This document shows, piece after piece, positions 10,190 through 19,067 of a DNA stretch of 64,000 nt. The notes beneath the pieces are model-generated. The model was not told where the DNA came from and made no database searches. It saw only the letters and a program-made list of their open reading frames with translations. Position numbers and translations under genes: made by a program. Origin of the DNA: a virus. The stretch is taken from IMG/VR virus record IMGVR_UViG_3300044568_003939; one strand, 5' to 3'. The first letter of the stretch is position 1. Each line of letters begins with the position of its first letter.

Positions 10190-10624
10190 ATGATTAGAAG
10201 AATGAATGATAGGTTACCACATGAGGTATTTGAGTTGCTTGAAAAAACTACAAGTCTTGATGAACGTGTAGAGGTTTTAAGAAACAATTTTACACAACCA
10301 GTTCAAATGATTTTGCAGGCAGCATTCAAACCTGACCTTCATTTGGATCTTCCAGCAGGAGCTCCTCCATACAATCCAGATCCTAACGCAGCGGGATTGC
10401 AACCTTCTCCATTAAAACAACAAATTAAAATTTTGCCAAGCCTATTGAAACGAAATGATCGTTTGTCTAGTATTCGTAAAGAAACATTGTTTATTCGTCT
10501 TATTGAGGGAGCACATGCAAAAGACGCTATTATAATTATTGCAGCTAAAGATAAAAAGCTACCTGAATTGTATCCATTGCTTACGGAGTCTTTAGTACGT
10601 GCTGCATTTCCAAATTTAATTTGA
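10190..10624 (+). CDS. Conserved T4-like hypothetical protein
   Basis: LPAGAPPY..RKETLFIRLIEG.H motif; typical neighbour of rnh. Confidence 0.6.
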   Translation: MIRRMNDRLPHEVFELLEKTTSLDERVEVLRNNFTQPVQMILQAAFKPDLHLDLPAGAPPYNPDPNAAGLQPSPLKQQIKILPSLLKRNDRLSSIRKETLFIRLIEGAHAKDAIIIIAAKDKKLPELYPLLTESLVRAAFPNLI

Positions 10625-10625
10625 T

Positions 10626-10898
10626 ATGACTTATACATTTAAATGTACGTCGTGTGAGCATGAATGGGACGCTAGTATGAGTATGGCAGACCGTGATGTT
10701 CCATTGACACAGCATTGTGTAGCATGTGCAGCAGAAGGGCCCGGCGTAATCAAACGCATCATTAGCAGTGCGCCTCGCATTTCATATGACGGTGCTCAAA
10801 CGGTATTGCAACGCGCCGGTAGGGGATGGAACGATGTTCTGAAAAAAATCCAAAAGGCAAATGGCCGATACGCAAAGAAAAATATTGAAACACGATAA
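10626..10898 (+). CDS. FmdB-like zinc-ribbon protein
   Basis: YTFKCTSCEHEW...CVAC; GWNDVLKKI. Confidence 0.7.
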   Translation: MTYTFKCTSCEHEWDASMSMADRDVPLTQHCVACAAEGPGVIKRIISSAPRISYDGAQTVLQRAGRGWNDVLKKIQKANGRYAKKNIETR

Positions 10899-10903
10899 CG
10901 CAT

Positions 10904-11068
10904 ATGGGAAAGAGTCGAAAAAGCAAAGGATCTAATGGTCGTAAGCAATCATATTATGATGACGACTATAACGCTGAAAATAAAAAACTCAAAAAGAGTA
11001 AACATTCTGATAGCCGAAAAGACAAAAGTGTGGAAAAAGGTATCTTTATTGATTGGAGTGCGCTATGA
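10904..11068 (+). CDS. Small basic protein (54 aa, not in the ORF track)
   Basis: MGKSRKSKGS...DWSAL*; stop overlaps the next ATG. Confidence 0.55.
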   Translation: MGKSRKSKGSNGRKQSYYDDDYNAENKKLKKSKHSDSRKDKSVEKGIFIDWSAL

Positions 11069-11763
11069 ATGAGCGCAGAACTTTTGTGCATGATCCTGTT
11101 GAATTGGGTTATGCTGAGTTGGGCGATGCTAGCGTTCCAGGCACACGTGTATACGTTACACCTGAAGGGAAAAAGTATCCTAGTATTACAACCGTATTGG
11201 GTGCGCGCGGCAAGGAAGCTATCTATGAATGGCGCCGGCGCGTAGGTGAAGAAGAAGCTAACCGTATCACGCGGCATGCCTGTGCACGAGGAACGGCACT
11301 GCATACCATTGCTGAGAAGTATATTAATAACGAACTTGATATATACAAAAAGGATGAGATGCCCCATGTTGTAGCATTATTCCGTAGTATTCAACCAATC
11401 CTCGATAAGAACATTGGACGCGTTGTAATGCAGGAACGACCACTATATAGTGACCATCTTGGAATTGCTGGAAGAGTTGATCTAATTGCAGAATATGAAG
11501 GAAAACTTAGTGTCATTGATTTTAAAACCAGTAAGCGTGTTAAAACTCGAGAAGAGATTAGCAACTACTTTGTGCAGTCGTGTGCATATGCTATAATGTT
11601 TGAAGAGCGCACGGGTATACCAGTATCACGTACTGTAATTGTTATGGCTATTGATGACAATCCCGTTCCTATTGTATTTAAAGAAAAGCGAGACTCTTGG
11701 GCGGCTGAACTGCAAAAAGTAATTAAAGAATACAATACCAAAAAACTATTCGGACATGGATAA
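11065..11763 (+). CDS. PD-(D/E)XK exonuclease (T4-like phage type)
   Basis: YPSITTVL, RGTALH and AGRVDLIAEY..IDFKTS motifs. Confidence 0.85.
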   Translation: MNERRTFVHDPVELGYAELGDASVPGTRVYVTPEGKKYPSITTVLGARGKEAIYEWRRRVGEEEANRITRHACARGTALHTIAEKYINNELDIYKKDEMPHVVALFRSIQPILDKNIGRVVMQERPLYSDHLGIAGRVDLIAEYEGKLSVIDFKTSKRVKTREEISNYFVQSCAYAIMFEERTGIPVSRTVIVMAIDDNPVPIVFKEKRDSWAAELQKVIKEYNTKKLFGHG

Positions 11764-12379
11764 TACAAAAACTAAAAACAACAAAGGCCTGCTTGATCTG
11801 CTAACAAGTGGACCACCAGACAGTTTCTCAAGCGATTATGGATGTGTACGTGAGTATTACCTGAGCGATGAAATTGGATCACCAAGTGAATATATCAGTT
11901 GGTTCCATGAGATTCGCAACTGTCGTGAAACTGATGCAATAAAGATTCATATCAATTGCCCAGGAGGAAACTTATTTACAACCATTCAATTCCTTCAAGC
12001 ATTACAAGAAACTGAAGCACACATCATTGTAAGTGTTGAAGGCGCATGCATGAGCGCAGCAACACTTATCTTCTTGTCGGCCGATGAATATATGATTACC
12101 AATCACAGCATGTTCCTGTTTCATAACTATAGTGCTGGAACAGTTGGCAAAGGCGGTGAAATGTATCATGGCATGGTTCATGAGCGCAAATGGAGCACTG
12201 GATTGTTTCAAGACATGTATACCGACTTCCTTACACCTGAGGAAATTGTTGACATGACAAATGATAAAGATATTTGGCTGGATGCAAATCAGGTTCTTGA
12301 GCGCCTTGAAAAGCGCGGCAAGCTGATGGAGAAAAAAGCTAAAAAGGCTGGACAGCCCAAAAAAACTGAATCCAATTAA
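11756..12379 (+). CDS. ClpP-like serine protease
   Basis: HINCPGG, GACMSAAT (catalytic Ser), FLFHN (His) and DIWLDA. Confidence 0.8.
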   Translation: MDNTKTKNNKGLLDLLTSGPPDSFSSDYGCVREYYLSDEIGSPSEYISWFHEIRNCRETDAIKIHINCPGGNLFTTIQFLQALQETEAHIIVSVEGACMSAATLIFLSADEYMITNHSMFLFHNYSAGTVGKGGEMYHGMVHERKWSTGLFQDMYTDFLTPEEIVDMTNDKDIWLDANQVLERLEKRGKLMEKKAKKAGQPKKTESN

Positions 12380-12387
12380 AGAGACGA

Positions 12388-12423
12388 AAAAGCCGCTGCA
12401 ATTTGTTTTACAGCGGCTTTTTC
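12388..12423. terminator. Bidirectional terminator between convergent genes
   Basis: AAAAGCCGCTG...CAGCGGCTTTTT. Confidence 0.7.
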
Positions 12424-12424
12424 T

Positions 12425-13003
12425 TTACTTGCTTTGTCCAGCCTTAATCCAGTTTCTCGCTGCAGCAATCAATTTGGGATGAGCAGCGCCCAATACAGTT
12501 TCCCATGAGTCGCCTATAAGAGGTTTTAATCCAGCCTCACGGAGAAAAGCATATCGCTTAGGTCGCCCGACTTTCAATAGGTTTGGGTTGAGGATAAAAA
12601 GTTTCATGCTTTCAGCAAAAACTTCATAAGCATTGGGCTCATACGGACTTACAGCCTTTTCGCCTTTGACTGCTTTCTTAATATGCTTTGAAGGTTTTTT
12701 AAGCATGTCATCAACATAATGTCCGCATTCATGAGCAATAACACCAGCGCCTGTCAAGTCTGCTTTGTATCCAGTATATGACCAGCAAAACCCAGGCGTG
12801 CGCACAGGCGTCAAAACAATTTTTTCATTCACGGAAATCGTCCCGCTGCCCCAATCATAAAATCCGTAATATGAAGTATTAGCAGCATTCACAATATACG
12901 GAATTGGGAGTTTGTTGATTTTACAAAAGGCGACAACAATGTCCCGCCCATACTTTAGGTTTTCAGGCTTTTTTTGGCCTGGGTGTGGGTATTCAATTCG
13001 CAT
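12425..13003 (-). CDS. Putative zincin-like metallopeptidase
   Basis: AHECGH plus downstream EVFAE; own minus-strand TTTACA-17-TATAAT promoter; likely start MRIEYP. Confidence 0.55.
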   Translation of the reverse strand: MRIEYPHPGQKKPENLKYGRDIVVAFCKINKLPIPYIVNAANTSYYGFYDWGSGTISVNEKIVLTPVRTPGFCWSYTGYKADLTGAGVIAHECGHYVDDMLKKPSKHIKKAVKGEKAVSPYEPNAYEVFAESMKLFILNPNLLKVGRPKRYAFLREAGLKPLIGDSWETVLGAAHPKLIAAARNWIKAGQSK

Positions 13004-13068
13004 CAAGATTATTATAAACCAAAAAGTGCAGCTTGTAAAGGAAAAAATATGACAAAATGCATTCCTCC

Positions 13069-13168
13069 GTAACTTGTTGATATTCAACAAAACCGCAAAA
13101 TATGCATTTTATGGCAAAAAGTCCTTTACAGAGCACAAGATTTAGAGTATAATGATCTTGTAAGGAAA
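13069..13168 (+). promoter_or_regulatory. Repeated early promoter module (palindrome + A/T tract + TTTACA-17-TATAAT + GTAAGG)
   Basis: Near-identical modules at 17583, 30859, 31927, 37756, 44006/44052, 52034, 54736, 59443 and 61716; promoter-only versions at 52390 and 62364. Confidence 0.85.
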
Positions 13169-13173
13169 CTAAT

Positions 13174-13356
13174 ATGACACCTAATTTTTACGCTAGTCTC
13201 GCGGGAGCACTTAGAGGAACACTGCTTTCTCTAAAATATAATCGTGACATTGCTCACCTATTGGACAATGAAGCGGATAAACTAAAAGCCTTTCAAGCGA
13301 TTGTAGATAAGGCTATCATGCAAGCAGATAGGCAAAGTAAGGAGGTTGTTGAATGA
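13174..13356 (+). CDS. Hypothetical early protein
   Basis: First ORF after the promoter module. Confidence 0.55.
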   Translation: MTPNFYASLAGALRGTLLSLKYNRDIAHLLDNEADKLKAFQAIVDKAIMQADRQSKEVVE

Positions 13357-13937
13357 CACCTGTAGCGCCCAAAACAAAAACCACACTCGTCTTGACTGCA
13401 GGCTTTCAGGCCTGCGGATTCTTTAGTGCGCGCAGTACAGTTCGCAACATGATTGTGGGCGGCGTTAAAGCATATGACCTGTATGGCAATATTCATGATT
13501 GGGATAGCTGGATTGCAAATGATGAATATCTTGTGCCAGATCATCCAGCGTTGCGCAGTGTTGATAGCAGCTGGGCTGTGCCTACAATTGTAGTGATCCC
13601 AGGATGGTTTGGCACTTTTGGCAAGAGGCGCAATCGTGTCATCAACTTGAGACAGCTATACTATGTGTATGATGGCGAATGCCAATACTGTCTCAAAAAG
13701 ATTCCATTTACGGCTGCAACACGTGATCATGTATTGCCACGCAGTCGAGGTGGAAGCAATGATGACAGCAACATTGTATTGAGTTGCAAAAAGTGTAACA
13801 GCAAAAAGAGCAACAAGTTTCCATATCAGAACATCAAAGGCAGCAGTGTCAAACCAAAGATTCTTAATGATGTGGAGTTTACAGCACTAAGTGAAAAAGT
13901 AGAGATTCGAGAAGAGTGGAAAACCTTCCTTGTATAA
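13353..13937 (+). CDS. HNH endonuclease (McrA-like)
   Basis: CQYC...TRDHVLPRSRGG...NIVLSCKKCNSKK. Confidence 0.85.
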   Translation: MTPVAPKTKTTLVLTAGFQACGFFSARSTVRNMIVGGVKAYDLYGNIHDWDSWIANDEYLVPDHPALRSVDSSWAVPTIVVIPGWFGTFGKRRNRVINLRQLYYVYDGECQYCLKKIPFTAATRDHVLPRSRGGSNDDSNIVLSCKKCNSKKSNKFPYQNIKGSSVKPKILNDVEFTALSEKVEIREEWKTFLV

Positions 13938-13949
13938 ATAAACTATAAT

Positions 13950-14321
13950 ATGAATATCACAACTGCATATCGTCAAATGGCTCAAGAATCTTATGATGCG
14001 TCGATGGCGGCCGAACAAACGCAATTGGACGAGGCTGCAATTAAATCTCAAATCATTAAGGATGGTTACATATACTTTCCTGACGATGACGAACTATATA
14101 AGGTTAGCCCATACAAGCTTATTGGCAAAGCTAGTAAGCTAGGCGCACTTGGTGTGCAAAAGTGGTATAGCGTAAATGTTGCGACTGGTGAGGATCTTGA
14201 TGACGCTGGCCTAGCTGAAATTGATGCCGATGAAAAAGGACGCTGGTTTACTGTTACTAAAAACATTAAAGACACCGATGCGGCGCTTATTTCAAGCGAA
14301 CCCAATAACATTTACTTATAA
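13950..14321 (+). CDS. Putative internal head protein, leader family member 1
   Basis: Late promoter; MNITTAYRQMAQE...QLDE. Confidence 0.6.
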   Translation: MNITTAYRQMAQESYDASMAAEQTQLDEAAIKSQIIKDGYIYFPDDDELYKVSPYKLIGKASKLGALGVQKWYSVNVATGEDLDDAGLAEIDADEKGRWFTVTKNIKDTDAALISSEPNNIYL

Positions 14322-14335
14322 ATAAGGTACAATCT

Positions 14336-15145
14336 ATGAATCCAAATATCTCAATCCCACCAACAGCAGCTGACGCATATCGTGCAATGTTAGCAGAACA
14401 AACATACGCTTCTCTTAAAGAAGTTGCGCTAACCGAAGTAAAACAGGTTACACTTAGTATTCCATTTCCTGGCTCCAACGAGAAAAAAGTTCTCGCCCAG
14501 GCTAAAGAGATTGGTGTTAAGAATGGATTTACCGTTCTTGGTGGTGAATATGACCGCTATGATGAAGCAGTATATGTCACAATCAAAGGCGATCTTAGCA
14601 AGTTAGCTAAATTTGTTAATAAGTGGATGAGCTCCGACGATAGTGACGAAGAAATTTTAAATGACTATAGTGAATCATATGATTCCTCTATAAATGAAGG
14701 AAAGATGGTCACATTGACTGTTCCATTTCCTGGGTCAAACGAAGATAAAATTATGGCTCAGGCTAAAACTCTTGGTAAGACTCATGGCTTTACTGTTCTT
14801 GGTGGTGAATACAACCGTTATGACAAAACTGTTGATATTGAACTTAAAGGCGATCTTAGCAAGTTAGCTAAATTTGTTAATATGTGGATGCGTACTGACG
14901 ACAGTGACGAGGAAATTTTAAATGACTATAGCGAATCATATGATTCCTCTATAGCTGAAGAAACTGAAGCGCCTGATTATGGATTTGCTTCTAATCCTCC
15001 TAAAGTTAAGCTTAAGCAATTGAAGGCAGTCATTAAAAAAATTCCTGACAATAAAGTTGATTACATTGTACATGTTCTTGCGCGCCTTGCAAACTTTGAA
15101 CAAATCAAAGAGATTATGAAGGGTATGAGCGTAAAGAGTAACTAA
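14336..15145 (+). CDS. Putative internal head protein, leader family member 2, with a tandem ~85-aa duplication
   Basis: Late promoter; TAADAYRAMLAEQTYASLKE; two PFPGSNE...DDSDEEILNDYSESYDSSI.E repeats. Confidence 0.65.
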   Translation: MNPNISIPPTAADAYRAMLAEQTYASLKEVALTEVKQVTLSIPFPGSNEKKVLAQAKEIGVKNGFTVLGGEYDRYDEAVYVTIKGDLSKLAKFVNKWMSSDDSDEEILNDYSESYDSSINEGKMVTLTVPFPGSNEDKIMAQAKTLGKTHGFTVLGGEYNRYDKTVDIELKGDLSKLAKFVNMWMRTDDSDEEILNDYSESYDSSIAEETEAPDYGFASNPPKVKLKQLKAVIKKIPDNKVDYIVHVLARLANFEQIKEIMKGMSVKSN

Positions 15146-15175
15146 TAATCTAATTATATAAATAAACTACAATCT

Positions 15176-15679
15176 ATGGACAACAATATCTCAACTGCAG
15201 CCGATGCATATCGTGCAATGTTAGCAGAACAAACATACGCCTCTCTTGAAGAAGCTGCACATGAAGTGCTTTCAGAAGGTAAGTATATAATTTCAGTTGA
15301 CAACTTAAAGAAATCTTTTAAAGCGCTTTCATCGGCTCAAAACGGCTTAGATGTGGCAATAAAAGACTATGATTCAATTGAAGGCCATAGCGGTCATGGT
15401 TCAGGCCATCATCAAGCTGGAACGGTTATTGTATATTATCGCAAAAAAATTAAAGAACATATCAATGCGATGATTGAAATTCAAGAGGGTTTAATGGAGC
15501 AAGGTGAAATGACAAAGCTATTGCAACGTGCTTTCATTGATGAATTGGAGGATAATGTTGAATCATTGCAAAAACAAATTGAATCTCGTGATGATAATAA
15601 TTATATTCTTAAGACTCAATTAAGCTCACGTAAAGCAGTGCTCGCTAAAGCAAAAGCAGATCTTAAGACTTTTAAATAA
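15176..15679 (+). CDS. Putative internal head protein, leader family member 3
   Basis: Late promoter; ISTAADAYRAMLAEQTYASLEE. Confidence 0.65.
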   Translation: MDNNISTAADAYRAMLAEQTYASLEEAAHEVLSEGKYIISVDNLKKSFKALSSAQNGLDVAIKDYDSIEGHSGHGSGHHQAGTVIVYYRKKIKEHINAMIEIQEGLMEQGEMTKLLQRAFIDELEDNVESLQKQIESRDDNNYILKTQLSSRKAVLAKAKADLKTFK

Positions 15680-15689
15680 ACTACAATCT

Positions 15690-15833
15690 ATGAACGACCA
15701 CATCTCAATCCCACCAACAGCAGCTGACGCATATCGTGCAATGTTAGCTGAACAAACATACGCCTCTCTTGAAGAAGCAGCCGATGCCATTGAAAAAGCT
15801 GGTGGTAAACGACCAAAGATTGTAAAGGCGTAA
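15690..15833 (+). CDS. 47-aa leader-family mini-protein (not in the ORF track)
   Basis: MNDHISIPPTAADAYRAMLAEQTYASLEEAADAIEKAGGKRPKIVKA*. Confidence 0.6.
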   Translation: MNDHISIPPTAADAYRAMLAEQTYASLEEAADAIEKAGGKRPKIVKA

Positions 15834-15857
15834 CAACAACTTATATAAATAAAGTAT

Positions 15858-16553
15858 ATGAACAACAACAATATATCAACAGCGGCCAACGCATACCGTG
15901 CAATGTTAGCAGAACAAAGAAACCAATTAACCGAAGCTTTTTCATATAAGGATAATGGTGATAAAAATGAACTCTCTAAGAAAGAAGTAAAGTCTATAAT
16001 TGATAAGTTTTGCGATAAACACAATTTGACTGTAGATTGGTATCCGGCTGCTAAAGATAGATTAGGTTGGTTTAAAGATGATGGCGATTTAAGCGTCAGA
16101 GTTAAAAAAAGTGATGCAGATACTCCTTCGTCTCCGCACATTGTGATACAATTCTCATGGTATAATAATGGGATGTTGGTTGGTCTTCATGGCTATAAAG
16201 ACAATCTTATGAAAGCTAAGCCTATTGATAAGGTTACATCTTCTGACGTTGAAGGCGCATTTGAAGCACAAATTGCTGGAGTAAAACCGGTTAAAGGTAC
16301 TGTTGCTAAAATTAAAGAAGTTGCGCTTAAAACACTCTCTAAGATTAACAATGTTGATATTACAGCAGCCGATATTAAAACCGCAGAAGCAGACGTTGAT
16401 GATGCTGGTATTACTCGCATTTTGATTCCTAGCACGTGTGTCATATACCTCTTGACCAATGCTGACATTAAGGAATATGAATTTGGTGATAGTGACAATG
16501 AAGACCTGTTCTCTGTAGGCAATGGACAAAAACTTGTTGTTGTAGCAATCTAA
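15858..16553 (+). CDS. Putative internal head protein, leader family member 5
   Basis: Late promoter; ISTAANAYRAMLAEQRNQLTE. Confidence 0.65.
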   Translation: MNNNNISTAANAYRAMLAEQRNQLTEAFSYKDNGDKNELSKKEVKSIIDKFCDKHNLTVDWYPAAKDRLGWFKDDGDLSVRVKKSDADTPSSPHIVIQFSWYNNGMLVGLHGYKDNLMKAKPIDKVTSSDVEGAFEAQIAGVKPVKGTVAKIKEVALKTLSKINNVDITAADIKTAEADVDDAGITRILIPSTCVIYLLTNADIKEYEFGDSDNEDLFSVGNGQKLVVVAI

Positions 16554-16569
16554 TTGTATAAATAAAGCG

Positions 16570-16684
16570 TATGGTACAGGACAAACATAATAATACAGCA
16601 AACGAGCAGCTCGCAGGACCTGCGCCGTTCCGCTGCAGTATTATATCAAAGGGACTTCCGCCCGCATAGAATCCAGACACCGTA
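16570..16684 (+). ncRNA. Candidate late small RNA, long hairpin with central bubble (6S-like)
   Basis: Lies between TATAAATA (16557) and the terminator at 16700; TATGGT/ACCGTA and ATAATAC/GTATTAT stems. Confidence 0.35.
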
Positions 16685-16698
16685 AATTTAAAACACTT

Positions 16699-16732
16699 AC
16701 CTTTGTTCTGGAAACGGAACAAAGGTTTTTTA
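16699..16732 (+). terminator. Intrinsic terminator
   Basis: ACCTTTGTTC-tggaaacg-GAACAAAGGT-TTTTT. Confidence 0.75.
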
Positions 16733-16980
16733 TTTTTACATTTTAGACAAAAACTCCTTTACAAATCTCAATTTTTAGATTATAATAATCGCATAACAAA
16801 CGGCAACAACAAGTTGCCCAACATTTTTTCAAAATCTCAATGCGCGCCTTGTGCTACAAACAAGGTAACGACCGTGGTTGAACGGCTTGGATCTGAAAAG
16901 AGATGCAATGACAGTAAGTTTAAATATGGAGCCGTGAGTCCCTTAGCGCACACCAATGCGCAACTCACAAATTTTCAAAA

Positions 16981-17055
16981 CCTCCTGTAGCTCATCGGAA
17001 GAGCGGCTTCTTTATAAGGGGCGGGTAGTTGGGTCAGCACCAACCAGGAGGACCA
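16981..17055 (+). tRNA. tRNA-Ile(TAT), non-canonical T loop
   Basis: CCTCCTG/CAGGAGG acceptor, loop TT-TAT-AA, T arm GTTGG-GTCAGCA-CCAAC, ACCA end. Confidence 0.75.
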
Positions 17056-17159
17056 ATTTGCAAACGGACTCACGGAAAGTGGCGACGCACATGAGTGATT
17101 AAGTTCACGTCTTCGGATCAACATGACAAGTATGCCTGTAGAAGCTTTCCAAATTTTCA

Positions 17160-17236
17160 CGGATATTAGCTCAGCCTGTTAGAGCGCTGCGTTTGGGACG
17201 CAGAAGTCGTAGGTTAGAATCCTACATATCCGACCA
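17160..17236 (+). tRNA. tRNA-Pro(TGG)
   Basis: Cloverleaf, CGGATAT/ATATCCG, TT-TGG-GA, CCA. Confidence 0.9.
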
Positions 17237-17243
17237 GCTTAAA

Positions 17244-17333
17244 GGAACGGTGGCTGAGTGGTCTAAAGTACTCCCTTGCTAAGGGAACGTGGCAGCAATG
17301 TCACCGTGGGTTCAAATCCCACTCGTTCCGCCA
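17244..17333 (+). tRNA. tRNA-Ser(GCT)
   Basis: Long variable arm, TT-GCT-AA, GCCA. Confidence 0.9.
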
Positions 17334-17357
17334 ATCTCAAACCAATATATAAACTAT

Positions 17358-17594
17358 ATGAAACAAACATACACACTAGCAAGCAGCGAATTTTGCGGAC
17401 CATGCAAGATGATTAAGAAGTATCTCGCAGAGAATAGTATCTCCGTGGCTGTGATCAATATGGAAGATGATCAAAAGTTTTTCATGGAAAACGGTATCAA
17501 GACTGTTCCCGTTCTCCTAAGCTCTGATGGCGCCAGATATGCTGGTGTTGATGCCATTCTGGGCCATTTTTCAGCAAAAGCTGTAACTTGTTGA
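17358..17594 (+). CDS. Glutaredoxin/NrdH-like redoxin
   Basis: CGPC active site; GIKTVP cis-Pro motif. Confidence 0.75.
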   Translation: MKQTYTLASSEFCGPCKMIKKYLAENSISVAVINMEDDQKFFMENGIKTVPVLLSSDGARYAGVDAILGHFSAKAVTC

Positions 17595-17848
17595 TTTTCA
17601 ACGGCTAAAAATAAATGCAAAAACATGCATTTTTTCCTTTACAAAGCCGATTTTTTGTGGTATAATAATTCTGTAAGGCGAAACTAATTCCCCAAACCGA
17701 AGCTAAATAAGATCTGGATTTAATAATACTTTCTTGTTTACAAGTTGCAGAAATTAGTTTACAATTACAACACGATCAAACTGGTTGAGATTCAAAACCT
17801 CGGCTGATGCGATTCCTTCAAGGCAAAGTCTTGATTGTAGCTTGTTCT

Positions 17849-18003
17849 CCAAATATGATTGTTGCTAGGCGAAGGGCTAATAACCCTGCTGAACGGTGAA
17901 AATCCGTTCCGTTAATCACTACGCTCTAAATGAGGTTACCGCCTCGGAATGAGAAGCCCTAGTTAAAATCATTGAGGTCATGTTGAGTGACAATCATGTT
18001 TGG
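17849..18003 (+). ncRNA. Unknown multibranched structured RNA
   Basis: ~18-bp closing stem CCAAATATGATTGTTGCT/AGTGACAATCATGTTTGG enclosing three hairpins. Confidence 0.5.
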
Positions 18004-18290
18004 ACCACAACATTTCTTTGACAACATTTTGATTTTGAAACCCAGGAGCATTCAGTCCCTGGTACCAAACAAGAAGAATGTGATTCCGCTCCTCGCTTTG
18101 AGTTGAAGCCGTTCACAAGTAAAACTTCACTGAAAACACTTTTAGGTGCTCATCCAGCTGATCAAGGCGGTGAGTTAAACGTGCGATCAGTACGGCCTTT
18201 AAATTTTAATAGCACGTTTGATTATTGCGGCGAGCGACTGCAAGACCAGTGGTCGCAATAATCAAAAGGAATTAGTGTAATACTTTTAAT

Positions 18291-18365
18291 CGCGGGTTAA
18301 TCGAGTGGTTCAGATAGGTGTCTCATAAGCATCTCACGGGAGTTCGAATCTTCCACCCGCAACCA
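18291..18365 (+). tRNA. tRNA-Met(CAT), initiator-like
   Basis: C1:A72 mismatch (CGCGGG...CCCGCA-ACCA), CT-CAT-AA. Confidence 0.75.
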
Positions 18366-18370
18366 ATTTT

Positions 18371-18460
18371 GGGACGAAGGCAACTGTTAGATGCGTTGCG
18401 GCGGTCTGTAAAACCTCTACTTAAGAAACACCGTGGGTGCAATTCCCTCTCGGCCCACCA
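18371..18460 (+). tRNA. tRNA-Tyr(GTA), atypical
   Basis: CT-GTA-AA loop, ACCA end; imperfect stems. Confidence 0.55.
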
Positions 18461-18463
18461 TCC

Positions 18464-18610
18464 TTTATTGTTAAAGCATCTTTGGTTTGATGCTGTCCAT
18501 ATCGAGAACGGACTATGCCGGAGCATACGAACGAAGTACAAGTTCTATGGTGCAAACGGAAAATGCGCTCAAAGGCGCGCGAGGTGGTTCAATTCCACAG
18601 ACAATAAACA
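18464..18610 (+). ncRNA. Expanded tRNA-like RNA, copy A
   Basis: Homolog of 21273-21409; acceptor-, D- and T-like arms plus extra arms. Confidence 0.7.
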
Positions 18611-18622
18611 TTTTTGATTTTT

Positions 18623-18708
18623 GGGTAGGTATACCGTTAAGGAGACGGTTCAGACTGTAAATCTGACGCCGCAAGGCTCGCTGGGATCGTTCCCCAGACT
18701 GCCCACCA
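18623..18708 (+). tRNA. tRNA-Tyr(GTA)
   Basis: TCAGA-CTGTAAA-TCTGA, long variable arm, ACCA. Confidence 0.85.
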
Positions 18709-18808
18709 ATTTGTATGAACAGCCGCTTTTCGTGTCTAGGGAAAAGCTCCACAATATCAAGGTTATGATATGGCGCTGGTGAAATTCCAGAACGGATTCA
18801 AATTTTTA

Positions 18809-18883
18809 CCTGATGTAGCTCAGAGGAAGAGCATCCGCTTGATAAGCGGAAGGTCGAGATATCGTAATTCTCCATCAGGACCA
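18809..18883 (+). tRNA. tRNA-Ile(GAT)
   Basis: CCTGATG/CATCAGG, TT-GAT-AA, ACCA. Confidence 0.85.
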
Positions 18884-18885
18884 AT

Positions 18886-18959
18886 TGAGGATTAGCATAA
18901 TGGTAATGCATCTGACTTTGACTCAGAACATAGAAGTTCGATTCTTCTATCCTCTACCA
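18886..18959 (+). tRNA. tRNA-Gln(TTG)
   Basis: TCTGA-CTTTGAC-TCAGA, CCA. Confidence 0.85.
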
Positions 18960-18965
18960 ATTTAT

Positions 18966-19054
18966 GGGCTGGTATGATCGAGCTGAGCTGATGATTGCAT
19001 ATTGCAATTGTTCTAAGGAACCTTAAGTGAGTTTGAATCTCACACTGTCCACCA
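18966..19054 (+). tRNA. Degenerate tRNA (possibly Cys GCA)
   Basis: T arm GTGAG-TTTGAAT-CTCAC and ACCA end; weak anticodon stem around TTGCAAT. Confidence 0.35.
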
Positions 19055-19067
19055 ATTTCAATGAGAG

